Below are positions 1-9,851 of a stretch of DNA of 64,000 nt, piece after piece. This DNA comes from Gammaproteobacteria bacterium (GTDB taxonomy: Bacteria > Pseudomonadota > Gammaproteobacteria > Eutrophobiales > Eutrophobiaceae), in assembly GCA_022826885.1 (NCBI GenBank), contig JAJDUB010000070.1, positions 49,379-113,378 of the forward strand, given 5' to 3'. Position 1 is the first letter of the stretch; every line of letters starts with the position of its first letter. The notes under the pieces are model-generated. The model was not told where the DNA came from. It saw nothing but the letters and a program-made list of their open reading frames with translations, and did not search any database. The translations under genes and the position numbers were made by a program.

Positions 1-1943
1 TAATCCATGGCCGGCTGGCTTACACGGGCAGTGGAGACGGACAAAGCCAGGTTTTCTCCCTGCCTGCCTGCATCGAGCGCATTCTTTATTACATTATTGA
101 AGACCTGCCGCAACCGGCCGGGGTCTGCACTGATGACCGACTGGTCCTGCGTGAGGTCAAGGGTGATGGTGACTCTGGTGTCCATGTCCTTATACAGGTC
201 CACCACTTCCTCCAGCAGGCGGTTCAGGTCAACTTCGCGCGGCGCCATGACCGGCGCCCTGGCATAATCGGAGAACGCGTTGACCATGCCTTTCATGGTT
301 TCCACCTGCTTGATAATGGTCGTGGTGAGCCGGTCCAGCGCGTCGGTCCGGTCCCCGGGATCTGCCCTGAGATACTTGTGACGTAATCTTTCGGCCGCCA
401 GTTGTATCGGTGTCAGCGGATTCCTTATCTCGTGGGCCAGCCGCCGCGCCATTTCACTCCAGGCCGCGTCCCGTTGCCCCTGCAGCAACGCCGTTATGTC
501 ATCGAAAACGATGATGTGAACCGGGGCTTTTTCCCGGGCGGGGACAACGGATGTGCCCCTGCACATGAGCACCTGGCGGCCGCTGGCGCCGAACAGCGTT
601 ACCTGCTGGTCCCACACCTGGTCGCCCCGGTCCACGTGGGAGCGGATCAGGTTGTGCAGTTGTTCCAGGTGGGTATAGCGTTCACAAATTCCCCCGAATG
701 GCCGGCCGGTAATTTCGCGGATGTCGAGGCCGAGAATCCTGCCGCCGCTGATATTGACGGTGCGCAGGGAATTATCCGAATCCAGGACCAGCACGCCTGA
801 CGACAGCCGTTCCAGGACGGCCTCCAGGTATTTCTGCTGGGTCTCCGCCTCGTCCTGGCTGCTTTTGGCCGCATCCCTGGCGTTGGCGATCTTGCGGGTC
901 ATGTCGTTAAACGAGGCGACCAGGAAACCCAGTTCATCATTGCCCGGCACCCGTAGCGTGGTATGGTAATCGCCTTCAGCCACGGATTTGGTTCCTTCCG
1001 CCAGGTCGCGTATCGGCGCGACCAGTCTCCTGGCGGAGTAGAACGCGGCCCATACCGCGGAGAACATGCTGAACAGGAAGACCATGGTCAGGATCAGGAC
1101 AAAACTCAGCTTGAGCTGTTCCCTCAGGTAAGACAGTTCCTCATACTGGGTAAAAGCCGATTGAACGCTTTGCGCCAGTTCGTTTACCCGTTCGGTTACG
1201 GGGTACAAGGCATGAAGTATGCGCGGACCAACGCCGAATGCGTAACTGGGCAGGTTTACCACGACCCGGAATGACAGCCCGGCGTTTCTGATGGTGTCCA
1301 TACCGATATAACTGTTGCCCTGCAAAACCTGGAACAGTACGCTGTCGTCGGGCGATTCCGGCACCAGGTTGTCCGGGTTTGCCGAACTGGAACCGATGAT
1401 AATCCCCTGTCTCGTTATCACGGTCAGTTCATCGGCGCCGCTCCGGCTGCGCAGGCGGTCGACTTCAAGGGGGATCGACGCGTCAGGGGTCCGCGCTATA
1501 TCTTCAGCCATTTCCTCAGACTGCCTGAGGAGTTCCTTCATGCGATTCTCAAGGCCAAGGCGGCTTAATTCCAGCGAGTCTTCCAGCGCCTGTTCGACGC
1601 GCAGGTCGAACCAGCTATCGATGCCCCGGTACAGGAAATCAAGGGAGAAGTAGTACAGGACAAGCACCGGAGTGACCGAAAGAATCACGAACATGGTGAC
1701 CATGCGCACCGTCAGACGAGCGCCGGCGATACGTTCCCTGGCCTGCTTGATCAGGTTGCGGATATTCAACCCGATCAACACGATGAGGGTGAGCAACCCG
1801 AGTGTATTGAAAATCAGCAGGCCGGTATGGAACTGGTAGAACTGAGCCGGGTTCTGCAAGGCCCTGCTCAATATCAGCAGTGATGCCAGCATACAGACGA
1901 ACAACAGAATGCCCATCAGCAGTATCAATCGCCCGCTGTTCAT
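1..1943 (-). CDS. ntrY: NtrY-like PAS/HAMP sensor histidine kinase (C-terminus runs off the window start)
   Basis: Absent from the ORF track because it has no stop in the window; translated by hand. ATG at 1943 overlaps the DUF4390 stop (ATGA). N-terminus MNSGRLILLMGILLFV... has TM helices and FLYRGIDSWFD; H-box DAAWSEMARRLAHEIRNPLTPIQLAAERL near 470-380. Confidence 0.85.
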   Translation of the reverse strand, partial: MNSGRLILLMGILLFVCMLASLLILSRALQNPAQFYQFHTGLLIFNTLGLLTLIVLIGLNIRNLIKQARERIAGARLTVRMVTMFVILSVTPVLVLYYFSLDFLYRGIDSWFDLRVEQALEDSLELSRLGLENRMKELLRQSEEMAEDIARTPDASIPLEVDRLRSRSGADELTVITRQGIIIGSSSANPDNLVPESPDDSVLFQVLQGNSYIGMDTIRNAGLSFRVVVNLPSYAFGVGPRILHALYPVTERVNELAQSVQSAFTQYEELSYLREQLKLSFVLILTMVFLFSMFSAVWAAFYSARRLVAPIRDLAEGTKSVAEGDYHTTLRVPGNDELGFLVASFNDMTRKIANARDAAKSSQDEAETQQKYLEAVLERLSSGVLVLDSDNSLRTVNISGGRILGLDIREITGRPFGGICERYTHLEQLHNLIRSHVDRGDQVWDQQVTLFGASGRQVLMCRGTSVVPAREKAPVHIIVFDDITALLQGQRDAAWSEMARRLAHEIRNPLTPIQLAAERLRHKYLRADPGDRTDALDRLTTTIIKQVETMKGMVNAFSDYARAPVMAPREVDLNRLLEEVVDLYKDMDTRVTITLDLTQDQSVISADPGRLRQVFNNVIKNALDAGRQGENLALSVSTARVSQPAMD

Positions 1944-2479
1944 TGCCTGATTATCCACTTGTGCCAACCGCTGTCCGAACGCCATTTGTTAATCAGGAAG
2001 GCAACTGGCTTCATCGGCTGCGGCAGGTTTTTCACGTTAATCACACCCTTGATCAAACCACCCAGCTTCGGTTCGCCTGTTATTTCCCCCGTGTTCAATA
2101 ACAAGTGCCGCTCGACCTTGCCCATGTATTTCAGGGCATTTTCCAGGGTATCGAACTGGCGTTGCTCGGATTTCCTGACGTCGGTAATAATATATACGTC
2201 TGACAGCGGGAGGTGGTCCAGCTTGAATTTTATCTTTGTTTCCTTGTAGACCCTGTCCCAGAGCCATTTGCGTTTTTCCCTGACCCTGACAATGATACGC
2301 ACGTCCAGCTCCATGCCGTGGTCGAGCGCTTCCAGCAGGTCGTCATCCAGGTTGAAATTTATGCGCGCATCCACGTAGCAGGCGCCATCGACCACTTCGG
2401 AGGAGACATGTTCAATGATAACCTCCTCAGTCGCCCAGGCAGCGGTGGAAAACAATACAAGGAATATCGCCCGAATCAT
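1940..2479 (-). CDS. DUF4390 family exported protein
   Basis: Start re-called to MIRAIFLVLFSTAAWA (signal peptide, GGAGA SD). Sequence pattern (LLEALDHG..., LPQPMKP...W...W) and position directly upstream of ntrY are typical of DUF4390. Confidence 0.75.
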   Translation of the reverse strand: MIRAIFLVLFSTAAWATEEVIIEHVSSEVVDGACYVDARINFNLDDDLLEALDHGMELDVRIIVRVREKRKWLWDRVYKETKIKFKLDHLPLSDVYIITDVRKSEQRQFDTLENALKYMGKVERHLLLNTGEITGEPKLGGLIKGVINVKNLPQPMKPVAFLINKWRSDSGWHKWIIRQ

Positions 2480-2693
2480 CGTATCTCCGGATTTATTCGG
2501 ATATTGTAATCCACATGTGGAGGGAATTGCAGTTGTTTCCGTTTTCTCCGGCAGGTTATAATCAGTGCCGATTGATAATCCCCAACCCACTGTCAATCAT
2601 CGCTCACTTAGTTACTGTTTATCGTTACTGCTACACAGTTAACAAAACCAGAAAGATGTCAATAGCGTCAACCTCAATCGTTACGGATGGAAG

Positions 2694-4748
2694 ATGAAAC
2701 AACGAACCCGCCTGCTTGCCGTGGCCACAGTCAGTCTGTCCTTATTTGTATTTTGCTCGAGAGAACAGGCGCCTGAGCCTTCGGGAAATGCAGCGTCCGC
2801 AACACAATCAGCGGATCTGGTGTTTACTAATGGTTACATCTACACGGTTGACGCAGAACGAACCGTGGCACAGGCTATAGCAGTGCGGGCTGATAAAATT
2901 GTTCATGTAGGTAGTAATAAATCAGTGCAAAAGTATCTCGGACCAGGAACAAAGACATACCATTTGGGGGGACGCATAATGTTGCCGGGCTTGCATGACA
3001 TGCATGTTCATGCCACGGGTCTGGCCGAGCCCAGTCTGTGCAACCTGGAAGGCGAGGTGAAACCCATGGAAGAGTTGGTTCCTTTCCTTAAGAACTGCCT
3101 TGAACGGGAGCGGCTTCCGGCGGGTGAGTGGCTGGTGGTGGTCGGCTGGGCCTCGGGTAACGAACCGAGTGACAGGTACAAAAATATGCGCATGGCGCTG
3201 GATGCGGTGTCGGACACGCACCCGATTGTATTGTGGAGTTCACACTCTGCTGCGTTTAACAGCGCTGCCTTCGCCCAGGCCAGGGATCTGGAAGGCCAGG
3301 TGGTGGGTATGAACAGAGAGACATTGCCTACGGTGTATGCGGACTACCGGGAGATGGTTTCAGTGGATGAAACCGGCGAGCCGACCGGCAAGGTAGTCGA
3401 AGATGCGCGTGATTTCATTCGCGATACCGTGTTTGAGGACCTGATGGGGCTGAATGAGGCGGCGGACTACGCCATGCCGGCGGTGGCAAAGATACTGGCT
3501 CAATCCGGTATTACCTCAATACAGGATCCGATGTCGGTGGCGCGCACCCTGGAGATGTATGACTGGTACGAAAAAAGTGGTGAAATGAGTTTCCGCGTGA
3601 GAGCCCATTTTTACGGCCAGCCCCATGCCTCGGTTTACAGCAACGACCCCGATGTCATGGCGCGCATCCCCGAGCACGTGGCGCATTTCAGCGGGTTGCG
3701 CGATAAATACCGTGATTCGGAATTTATCCAGGCCGACGGCGTAAAGTTTTTCATGGACGGTGGCTTGTATGGCGCGCCGCGCCCGTTTCCCGAACCACCC
3801 ACCCTGCCGATTACCGGCATTATCGGCGAGTTCAAACAACCGATTTTTTACGCCAGGGAAGACGGTTCGCTTGACCTCGCCGGCTACGTGGACCTGGATA
3901 GTGGAGCATGTGTGGACGCGCGTGATAATTTCACGGCTTACCAGGATTTCGACCGCGCCTCCGGTTTTGCCGAGGAGCACGGTTATCACCCGGCCCAGTG
4001 CGTCAAAACCAGCGGCCAACTGGGTCACAACGAGGACTATGTGAACGAGTATATCAGGCAGATGACCGAGGCGGGCTTCCACGTTCACGTCCACTCGGAG
4101 TCTGACCTGGCGATGCGTACGCTCACCGACGCCTTTGAGGCCAACAAGGAAACGGCGGACAGGCTGGGCGTCACGCAAACCATTGCCCATGCAACGCTGG
4201 TGCACCCGGACGACGCGCAACGTCTCGGCAAGCTGGGGGTTTACATTTCTACCACCTATAACTGGATGCTGCCTTACCCGGACAATATTGCGGTGATCCC
4301 CTTTTTTGAGGAGCTGGATTCGCTGGAGGGCATGTACAACCCGGCGCGGTATTTTATCCGGAACGTCTTCCCGGTGAAATCGCTGCTGGATGCGGGCTCA
4401 CCCCTGGCGTGGGGCAGCGATGCACCCCAGGGAATTCGCGACCCTATGCCGTTCGCCAACATGCAGGCGGCGCTCACACGGGAACTGGACGGTCAGGTGC
4501 TGAATGCCAAAGAGCGCCTCAATATCCACGAAGTCATTGCTTCCATGACCATCGAAGGCGCCAGGCTGATGGGACATAATGACAGACTGGGAAGTATCGA
4601 GGTTGGAAAAATTGCCGATTTGATCATACTCAACCAGAACGTCGTGGAACTGGCGCAACAAGACCAGGCAAACAGAATCGGCGATACACTCGTCGACCTG
4701 ACCCTGTTCAATGGTAGGGTGATATACGAGCGACCACAACCACAATGA
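2694..4748 (+). CDS. Amidohydrolase family 3 (YtcJ-like), probably exported or a lipoprotein
   Basis: LPGLHDMHVH metal motif, GVKFFMDG, HVHVHS and LGSIEVGKIADLIIL; N-terminal signal ending in Cys (SLFVFC). Confidence 0.85.
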   Translation: MKQRTRLLAVATVSLSLFVFCSREQAPEPSGNAASATQSADLVFTNGYIYTVDAERTVAQAIAVRADKIVHVGSNKSVQKYLGPGTKTYHLGGRIMLPGLHDMHVHATGLAEPSLCNLEGEVKPMEELVPFLKNCLERERLPAGEWLVVVGWASGNEPSDRYKNMRMALDAVSDTHPIVLWSSHSAAFNSAAFAQARDLEGQVVGMNRETLPTVYADYREMVSVDETGEPTGKVVEDARDFIRDTVFEDLMGLNEAADYAMPAVAKILAQSGITSIQDPMSVARTLEMYDWYEKSGEMSFRVRAHFYGQPHASVYSNDPDVMARIPEHVAHFSGLRDKYRDSEFIQADGVKFFMDGGLYGAPRPFPEPPTLPITGIIGEFKQPIFYAREDGSLDLAGYVDLDSGACVDARDNFTAYQDFDRASGFAEEHGYHPAQCVKTSGQLGHNEDYVNEYIRQMTEAGFHVHVHSESDLAMRTLTDAFEANKETADRLGVTQTIAHATLVHPDDAQRLGKLGVYISTTYNWMLPYPDNIAVIPFFEELDSLEGMYNPARYFIRNVFPVKSLLDAGSPLAWGSDAPQGIRDPMPFANMQAALTRELDGQVLNAKERLNIHEVIASMTIEGARLMGHNDRLGSIEVGKIADLIILNQNVVELAQQDQANRIGDTLVDLTLFNGRVIYERPQPQ

Positions 4749-4752
4749 TTAA

Positions 4753-6045
4753 ATGTCACTCCATTCCTTGATCGCCAAACTTGGCCCCGGCATTATTTTT
4801 GCCGCCACTGCCATTGGCATCTCGCATCTGGTGCAGTCGACCCGGGCTGGCGCGGACTACGGCCTGGCGATGGCAAGCTTCATCCTGCTTGCCTGCGTGG
4901 TCAAATATCCGGCTTTTCGTTTCGGTTCCGAATATGCCGCTACGACAGGGCAAAGCCTGGTTGACAGCTATTTCCGTCAGGGACGTTGGGCGATCCTGGT
5001 ACTTGGCCTTGACCTGCTCATCAGTATGTTTGTAGGCACTGCAGCCCTTGCCCTGGTTACTGCAGGACTGATCGGTGGCGCCCTGTCGCTGAACCTCGAC
5101 CCGAAATTGGTTGTGATGATTCTCCTGGCGCTTTGCGCGGCGTTGCTGATCGCCGGCAAATACCGTCTTTTCGAACAGGTCTCCAAAGGGTTTGTAGCCG
5201 TGTTGCTGGTGTTGATCCTTGTAGCCACCACTCTGGTATTGCCCGATATCAACTGGAAGGAAGCTGCCTTAACGCTTCCCGGGGAGATGAACCGGGCTAC
5301 TTTGCTGTTTATCATTGCACTGTCAGGTGTCATGCCTTCCGCAATGGTTGTGTCGGTATTTCAATCTCTTTGGGTCTGCGCCAAGTCAAAGGATATGGGA
5401 ACGTCCTTTAACCCCCCAGATGCGCGGTTCGATTTTAACCTCGGCTATGTGATATCAACCCTGCTGGCTTTTGGCTTCCTGATTCTGGGAACCGTACTCA
5501 TGTACCAACCGGGTGTTACTGTGCTGGATTCTCCCAATGGGTTTGCCGCACAACTGATCTCCCTTTTTACGTCTTCGATTGGCGGCGTTGCCTATCCGCT
5601 GATCTCGTTAGTCGTAGTTGTAGTCATGTTGTCTTCCCTGTTAGCGGTTATCGATGCCTGTCCCCGCGTCATCGGCGCGTTGATCAGCTATCGAAAACAG
5701 TCCGACGCAGACCAGGCACGCCAAACGGCGCAGCAGGATTTCAGGGAATTAATGGACCGGGAAAATAAATACTATGCACAACTTGTCATCGTTCAGTGCA
5801 TCGGCGCCGTGATTTTACTCATGCTGTTTGCAGGCTCTTTCAGGGCATTCATCGATTTCGCCACCAGCATCGCCTTTGTTACCAGCCCTTTGATAGCATT
5901 TTTGAATCATCGCGCCATGTTTTCAGCGGATGTCCCGTCGGCGCACCGACCCGGTAAAATAATAGCCACATGGAGTTGGCTGGGTATTTTGTCCATGGGG
6001 CTGTTCGGTGTGAGCTATGTCTACTTTGGCATTCTGGGCCAGTAA
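4753..6045 (+). CDS. NRAMP-like (APC superfamily) membrane transporter
   Basis: LGPGIIFAATAIGISHLVQSTRAGADYG N-terminal motif and about 11 hydrophobic helices. Confidence 0.75.
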   Translation: MSLHSLIAKLGPGIIFAATAIGISHLVQSTRAGADYGLAMASFILLACVVKYPAFRFGSEYAATTGQSLVDSYFRQGRWAILVLGLDLLISMFVGTAALALVTAGLIGGALSLNLDPKLVVMILLALCAALLIAGKYRLFEQVSKGFVAVLLVLILVATTLVLPDINWKEAALTLPGEMNRATLLFIIALSGVMPSAMVVSVFQSLWVCAKSKDMGTSFNPPDARFDFNLGYVISTLLAFGFLILGTVLMYQPGVTVLDSPNGFAAQLISLFTSSIGGVAYPLISLVVVVVMLSSLLAVIDACPRVIGALISYRKQSDADQARQTAQQDFRELMDRENKYYAQLVIVQCIGAVILLMLFAGSFRAFIDFATSIAFVTSPLIAFLNHRAMFSADVPSAHRPGKIIATWSWLGILSMGLFGVSYVYFGILGQ

Positions 6046-6141
6046 CTACCTGTAAATTAGAGCGATGTATCAAAACCACAACTATCGACCTCCTATGACT
6101 CCAGGTGCTTCCTTTCTCAGGTAAAGAGGCCAGGACGAAGA

Positions 6142-8061
6142 ATGATGAAAATTACTCGAAGAGATTTTGTCAACGGTGTGCTGGTCGGTTCAGGGGCCGC
6201 CCTGCTTGCGTCAAAGGCGCCCTCGGCGCCGGCCTCTCCCAGCGCGCTGACCGGCCAGGTGGGCGATGAATGGTACGGTTATGGCGGGGTGGGTGATTAT
6301 TCGTCCTCCCATGGCAATACACCGGAAGTGACCAATACCGCGCACAATATCCGGAACGGCAAATTCGCCGACCTGCCGAGAAACATGCCGGTGGACGAGG
6401 AGTACGACCTGGTGATTGTCGGCGGCGGCATGGCAGGCCTGGGGGCCGCCTGGCACTTTAAAAAACACGCCGGGCCGGGCCGGCGCTGCCTGGTGCTGGA
6501 GAATCACCCGATTTTCGGCGGTGAATCCAAAGAGAATGTATTCGAGGTAGAGGGTGAACGTCTGCTGGGGCCGCAGGGCGCCAACGGCTTTTTTATCCCG
6601 CCTGAAGCAAGCGACCCGGAACAGGCGGAGGGTGACGCGCGTTACTATGCCGAGTTCAATATTCCTCGCAACCTGGATTACCGGGAACTCTCTGCGGACT
6701 TTAAATCCTTAAGAATATGCAAAGACAACTACGGTTTTTCACACTGGATGTTCGAACGGCACTACGACACGGGCTACTTTTATGAAACGCCAGGGGGCAA
6801 TACCTGGGTAAAGAATCCCTGGTCGAACCAGTTAACAGACGTGCCGATATCACCCGCGCAACGACAGGCCTTGACAGACTGGCGAGAAAGTTATCTTGAG
6901 CTTCCGCAAAACGAAAACAACCGGCGTTACCTGGACAGCATCACCTATAAAGACCTGCTCGAAAGAAAGTTCAAACTTGACTCGATTGTTGCGCAATATG
7001 CCGATGATTTTCTTGGCGGCAACTACGGCCAGGGCAGCGATGTCATCTCAGCCTACGCGGCGCAGGCCGTTAATATGCCGGGTACCATGCCGGAAGAACA
7101 GGTCAGGCAATACTGGCAGGCCAGTGAAGACCCGGTTAACCGGCGCCAGTCGTTTCCCGGCGGCAACTCCGGTTATGCGCGCTACTTTTTAAAACATATC
7201 AACCCTGAAGCGATTGCGGGCGACAACAACTTCGACGATATTATTACCGGCAATATCAATTTTAATGCACTGGATAGGGAGGGGCAGTCCGTCCGCATCC
7301 GTTTGCGCTCTACCGTTGTCAGTGTGGAGCATGAAGGAGACCCGGATAAAGCCGGCAGGGTGAATGTGTTGTATACCCGCGCCGGCAAGCTCTACCGAAT
7401 CCGCGCGCGCGGGGTGGTTATGGCGTCCGGCAGTTGGATCAATAAATATATCGTCAAAGACCTGCCCACTGAATTAAACTATGCCTATCAACAATTCACG
7501 CATGCGCCATTTCTCGTTGCCAACGTGGCACTAAGTAACTGGCGTTTCCTTTACGAGCTGGGAATTACCTGCGCCTTCTGGCGCTATGGCACAGGTTTCG
7601 GCGTCAGTTGTAATATCCGTCCTCCCATGCTGGTTGGCAACCGCCCGGCGCCGCTGGATCCCGATAAACCGATTGTTCTGACTTTTTATGTGCCCATGCA
7701 TGCGCCGGGTCTGCCGCCAAAGGCGCAGGGCATTCAAGGCCGCGCCAAATTGCTTATGACGTCCTACGCCGACTATGAAAAGCAGATTATTGCGCAGTTG
7801 AATAAACTGTTTGGCGCGTCCGGTTTTAAGGCAGAGAACGACGTGCGCGGCATTATTCTCAATCGATGGGGGCACGCTTACGTAGTGCCCACTCCCGGTT
7901 ACCTGATCGATACGCCAGGGAAGAAAGCCCCCGTCAATGTAATCAGGGAAGGGTTTGGGCGAGTCAGGTTCGGTCACTCTGAACTTCGAGGCTGGCAACA
8001 CTGGGGGCCGGCAGCCGACGAGGGACGGCGCGCTGTGGAACAATTGTCAGGCGCTATATGA
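6142..8061 (+). CDS. Tat-exported FAD-dependent oxidoreductase, spermidine dehydrogenase (SpdH)-like
   Basis: ITRRDFVNG Tat motif, YDLVIVGGGMAG Rossmann motif, FGGESKEN, FPGGNSG and NRWGHAY motifs characteristic of SpdH-like proteins. Confidence 0.75.
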   Translation: MMKITRRDFVNGVLVGSGAALLASKAPSAPASPSALTGQVGDEWYGYGGVGDYSSSHGNTPEVTNTAHNIRNGKFADLPRNMPVDEEYDLVIVGGGMAGLGAAWHFKKHAGPGRRCLVLENHPIFGGESKENVFEVEGERLLGPQGANGFFIPPEASDPEQAEGDARYYAEFNIPRNLDYRELSADFKSLRICKDNYGFSHWMFERHYDTGYFYETPGGNTWVKNPWSNQLTDVPISPAQRQALTDWRESYLELPQNENNRRYLDSITYKDLLERKFKLDSIVAQYADDFLGGNYGQGSDVISAYAAQAVNMPGTMPEEQVRQYWQASEDPVNRRQSFPGGNSGYARYFLKHINPEAIAGDNNFDDIITGNINFNALDREGQSVRIRLRSTVVSVEHEGDPDKAGRVNVLYTRAGKLYRIRARGVVMASGSWINKYIVKDLPTELNYAYQQFTHAPFLVANVALSNWRFLYELGITCAFWRYGTGFGVSCNIRPPMLVGNRPAPLDPDKPIVLTFYVPMHAPGLPPKAQGIQGRAKLLMTSYADYEKQIIAQLNKLFGASGFKAENDVRGIILNRWGHAYVVPTPGYLIDTPGKKAPVNVIREGFGRVRFGHSELRGWQHWGPAADEGRRAVEQLSGAI

Positions 8062-8126
8062 AAACAAAGCGTGTACGGCAACCAAAGAATGTATGGCGTG
8101 ACACTGGACTTCAATTTTCAGCGATT

Positions 8127-9794
8127 TCAGTCCTGGTCAAATACGATTTTTCCGTCCAGGATTGTTTTCAGGACTTTAGTTGCGCCGATTTCATTTGAAG
8201 GAATTTCCAGAAGGTTGCGGTCAAGCACAATCATGTTGGCAATTTTCCCGGCTTCTATCGAACCCATATCATCCAGCCTGTTCATGGAGATGGCGCCGTT
8301 GCGAGTGAACAGTTCCAGCGCCGTTTCAATCGGCAGCGCTTCCTCACCGCGTTCCACGATGCCCTGCAAGGGTGGGTATGGATTAAAAGACGGCAGGATA
8401 ATATTGTCGGAACCCACTGTAATCAGCGCACCTGTATCGTAGAGTGAGCGGAATTGATAACCTGTGCCTCCCAGCATCCCGCCCAGGTGCCAGAAATAAG
8501 GCGACATCTCGGCCACCGCACGTAGCGGCACAAAACGCGGGAAGTCTTCAGGGTGAACATCGCCGGCGTGGACAATTTCATGCCACAGTCCGCTGTCGCC
8601 GTTGGCGTTGCGGGTCGCCTCGATAGCGTCCAGCCCGATCCTGGCTGCACCGTTGCCGGCGGTATGCATCTTGATTTTAAGACCCGCCTTATCCCATTCG
8701 ATGAATTTTTGCGCCAACACGTCACGCGGGATTAACAGGTTGGTCTCATCAATGGTGCCGTCTTCCAGGATAGGGACGTGTGTGGGCTTCGGTGGGACCG
8801 GTACACCATCAAGCAGTACCTTTACCGCCTCGGTGGAGACATGCCGGGTTGCATACTGTGCGCGCTCTTGAATCGTTGCCTCCAGTCTTTCCCTGAAGTC
8901 CCCCTCGGGGTAAAACCAGCCGAGGTGGAGCAGCATATAAGGCATGGGGATGCCCCGCCGATCGAGATCAGAAAGACTTTCGGGCAGCACGAGGTCAATC
9001 ACGTAAGCATCCTGGATGGAGGTAATACCCAGGCTGAGCTGTACCTGGAGCACTTCTTGCAGCGCCTGGTTGACGACGTCCTCAGGGTAAGGCGGAATCA
9101 GAAGTTCCACCATGAAACCCGCCGATAATTCCACCAGCATTCCGGTAGGCTCGCCGGTTGCAGAATCGCGGGCTATCTCGCCGCCTTGAGGGTCCGCGGT
9201 ATTTTCATCAATACCGGCCAGTTCCAGCGCCCTGTCATTGACAATCCGGTTGTGACCGGTGGCGTCACGGATCATCACCGGGGTGTCCGGAAAAACGTCG
9301 TTTACAATATCATTGCCTATCCCTTCCATGCCATGCCACAGTTCCAGACCGTTGATAACCAGCCAGGGGTGGCCTTCTACCCGTTGTGTTTTGCAGTATT
9401 CCAGCGTCTCCCTCAAATTTTCCCATTTAAAATAACCGGGATTACAGTCCAGGGCATGGAGCGCTGCCATAAGGTGAAAGTGCGCATCGTGCAGTCCCGG
9501 CATGGCCATGCGGCCCTCGAGATCATGTTGTTCGGTTGCCGGGCCGGCAAACTCCAGTATTTCCGAATCGGCGCCCACCGCCTGAAATTTCCCGTCTATG
9601 ATCGCCACCGCCTCCGCCCAGGAGCGCTGTTCATCCAGGGTATAGATTTTTCCGTTGTGGTAAACGGCATCCGCATAAACCGTCTCGGTCCCCGAAGTTG
9701 TCGCAGCAGAATCAGCGGGTTCATCCTGACAACCGGCCAGTGCAAAGAAAAAAATCATGTATAACGAAAGGATAAAACTGTTATGCGTATTCAT
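8127..9794 (-). CDS. Amidohydrolase family 3 lipoprotein
   Basis: MPGLHDAHFH, VKVLLDG and MGSIEAGKIANMIVL; lipobox LAGC. Start re-called to MNTHNS (GAGG SD); alternative start at 9821. Confidence 0.85.
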   Translation of the reverse strand: MNTHNSFILSLYMIFFFALAGCQDEPADSAATTSGTETVYADAVYHNGKIYTLDEQRSWAEAVAIIDGKFQAVGADSEILEFAGPATEQHDLEGRMAMPGLHDAHFHLMAALHALDCNPGYFKWENLRETLEYCKTQRVEGHPWLVINGLELWHGMEGIGNDIVNDVFPDTPVMIRDATGHNRIVNDRALELAGIDENTADPQGGEIARDSATGEPTGMLVELSAGFMVELLIPPYPEDVVNQALQEVLQVQLSLGITSIQDAYVIDLVLPESLSDLDRRGIPMPYMLLHLGWFYPEGDFRERLEATIQERAQYATRHVSTEAVKVLLDGVPVPPKPTHVPILEDGTIDETNLLIPRDVLAQKFIEWDKAGLKIKMHTAGNGAARIGLDAIEATRNANGDSGLWHEIVHAGDVHPEDFPRFVPLRAVAEMSPYFWHLGGMLGGTGYQFRSLYDTGALITVGSDNIILPSFNPYPPLQGIVERGEEALPIETALELFTRNGAISMNRLDDMGSIEAGKIANMIVLDRNLLEIPSNEIGATKVLKTILDGKIVFDQD

Positions 9795-9851
9795 GGAGTT
9801 GACCTCTGCGGGAACGAACATCTTGACTGTAATACGAAATGAGCAGTTCGA

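Noticed and set aside
7-1653. Several short + strand ORFs at the window start
   Set aside because: They overlap the minus-strand NtrY-like kinase, which the ORF track misses because it has no stop inside the window.
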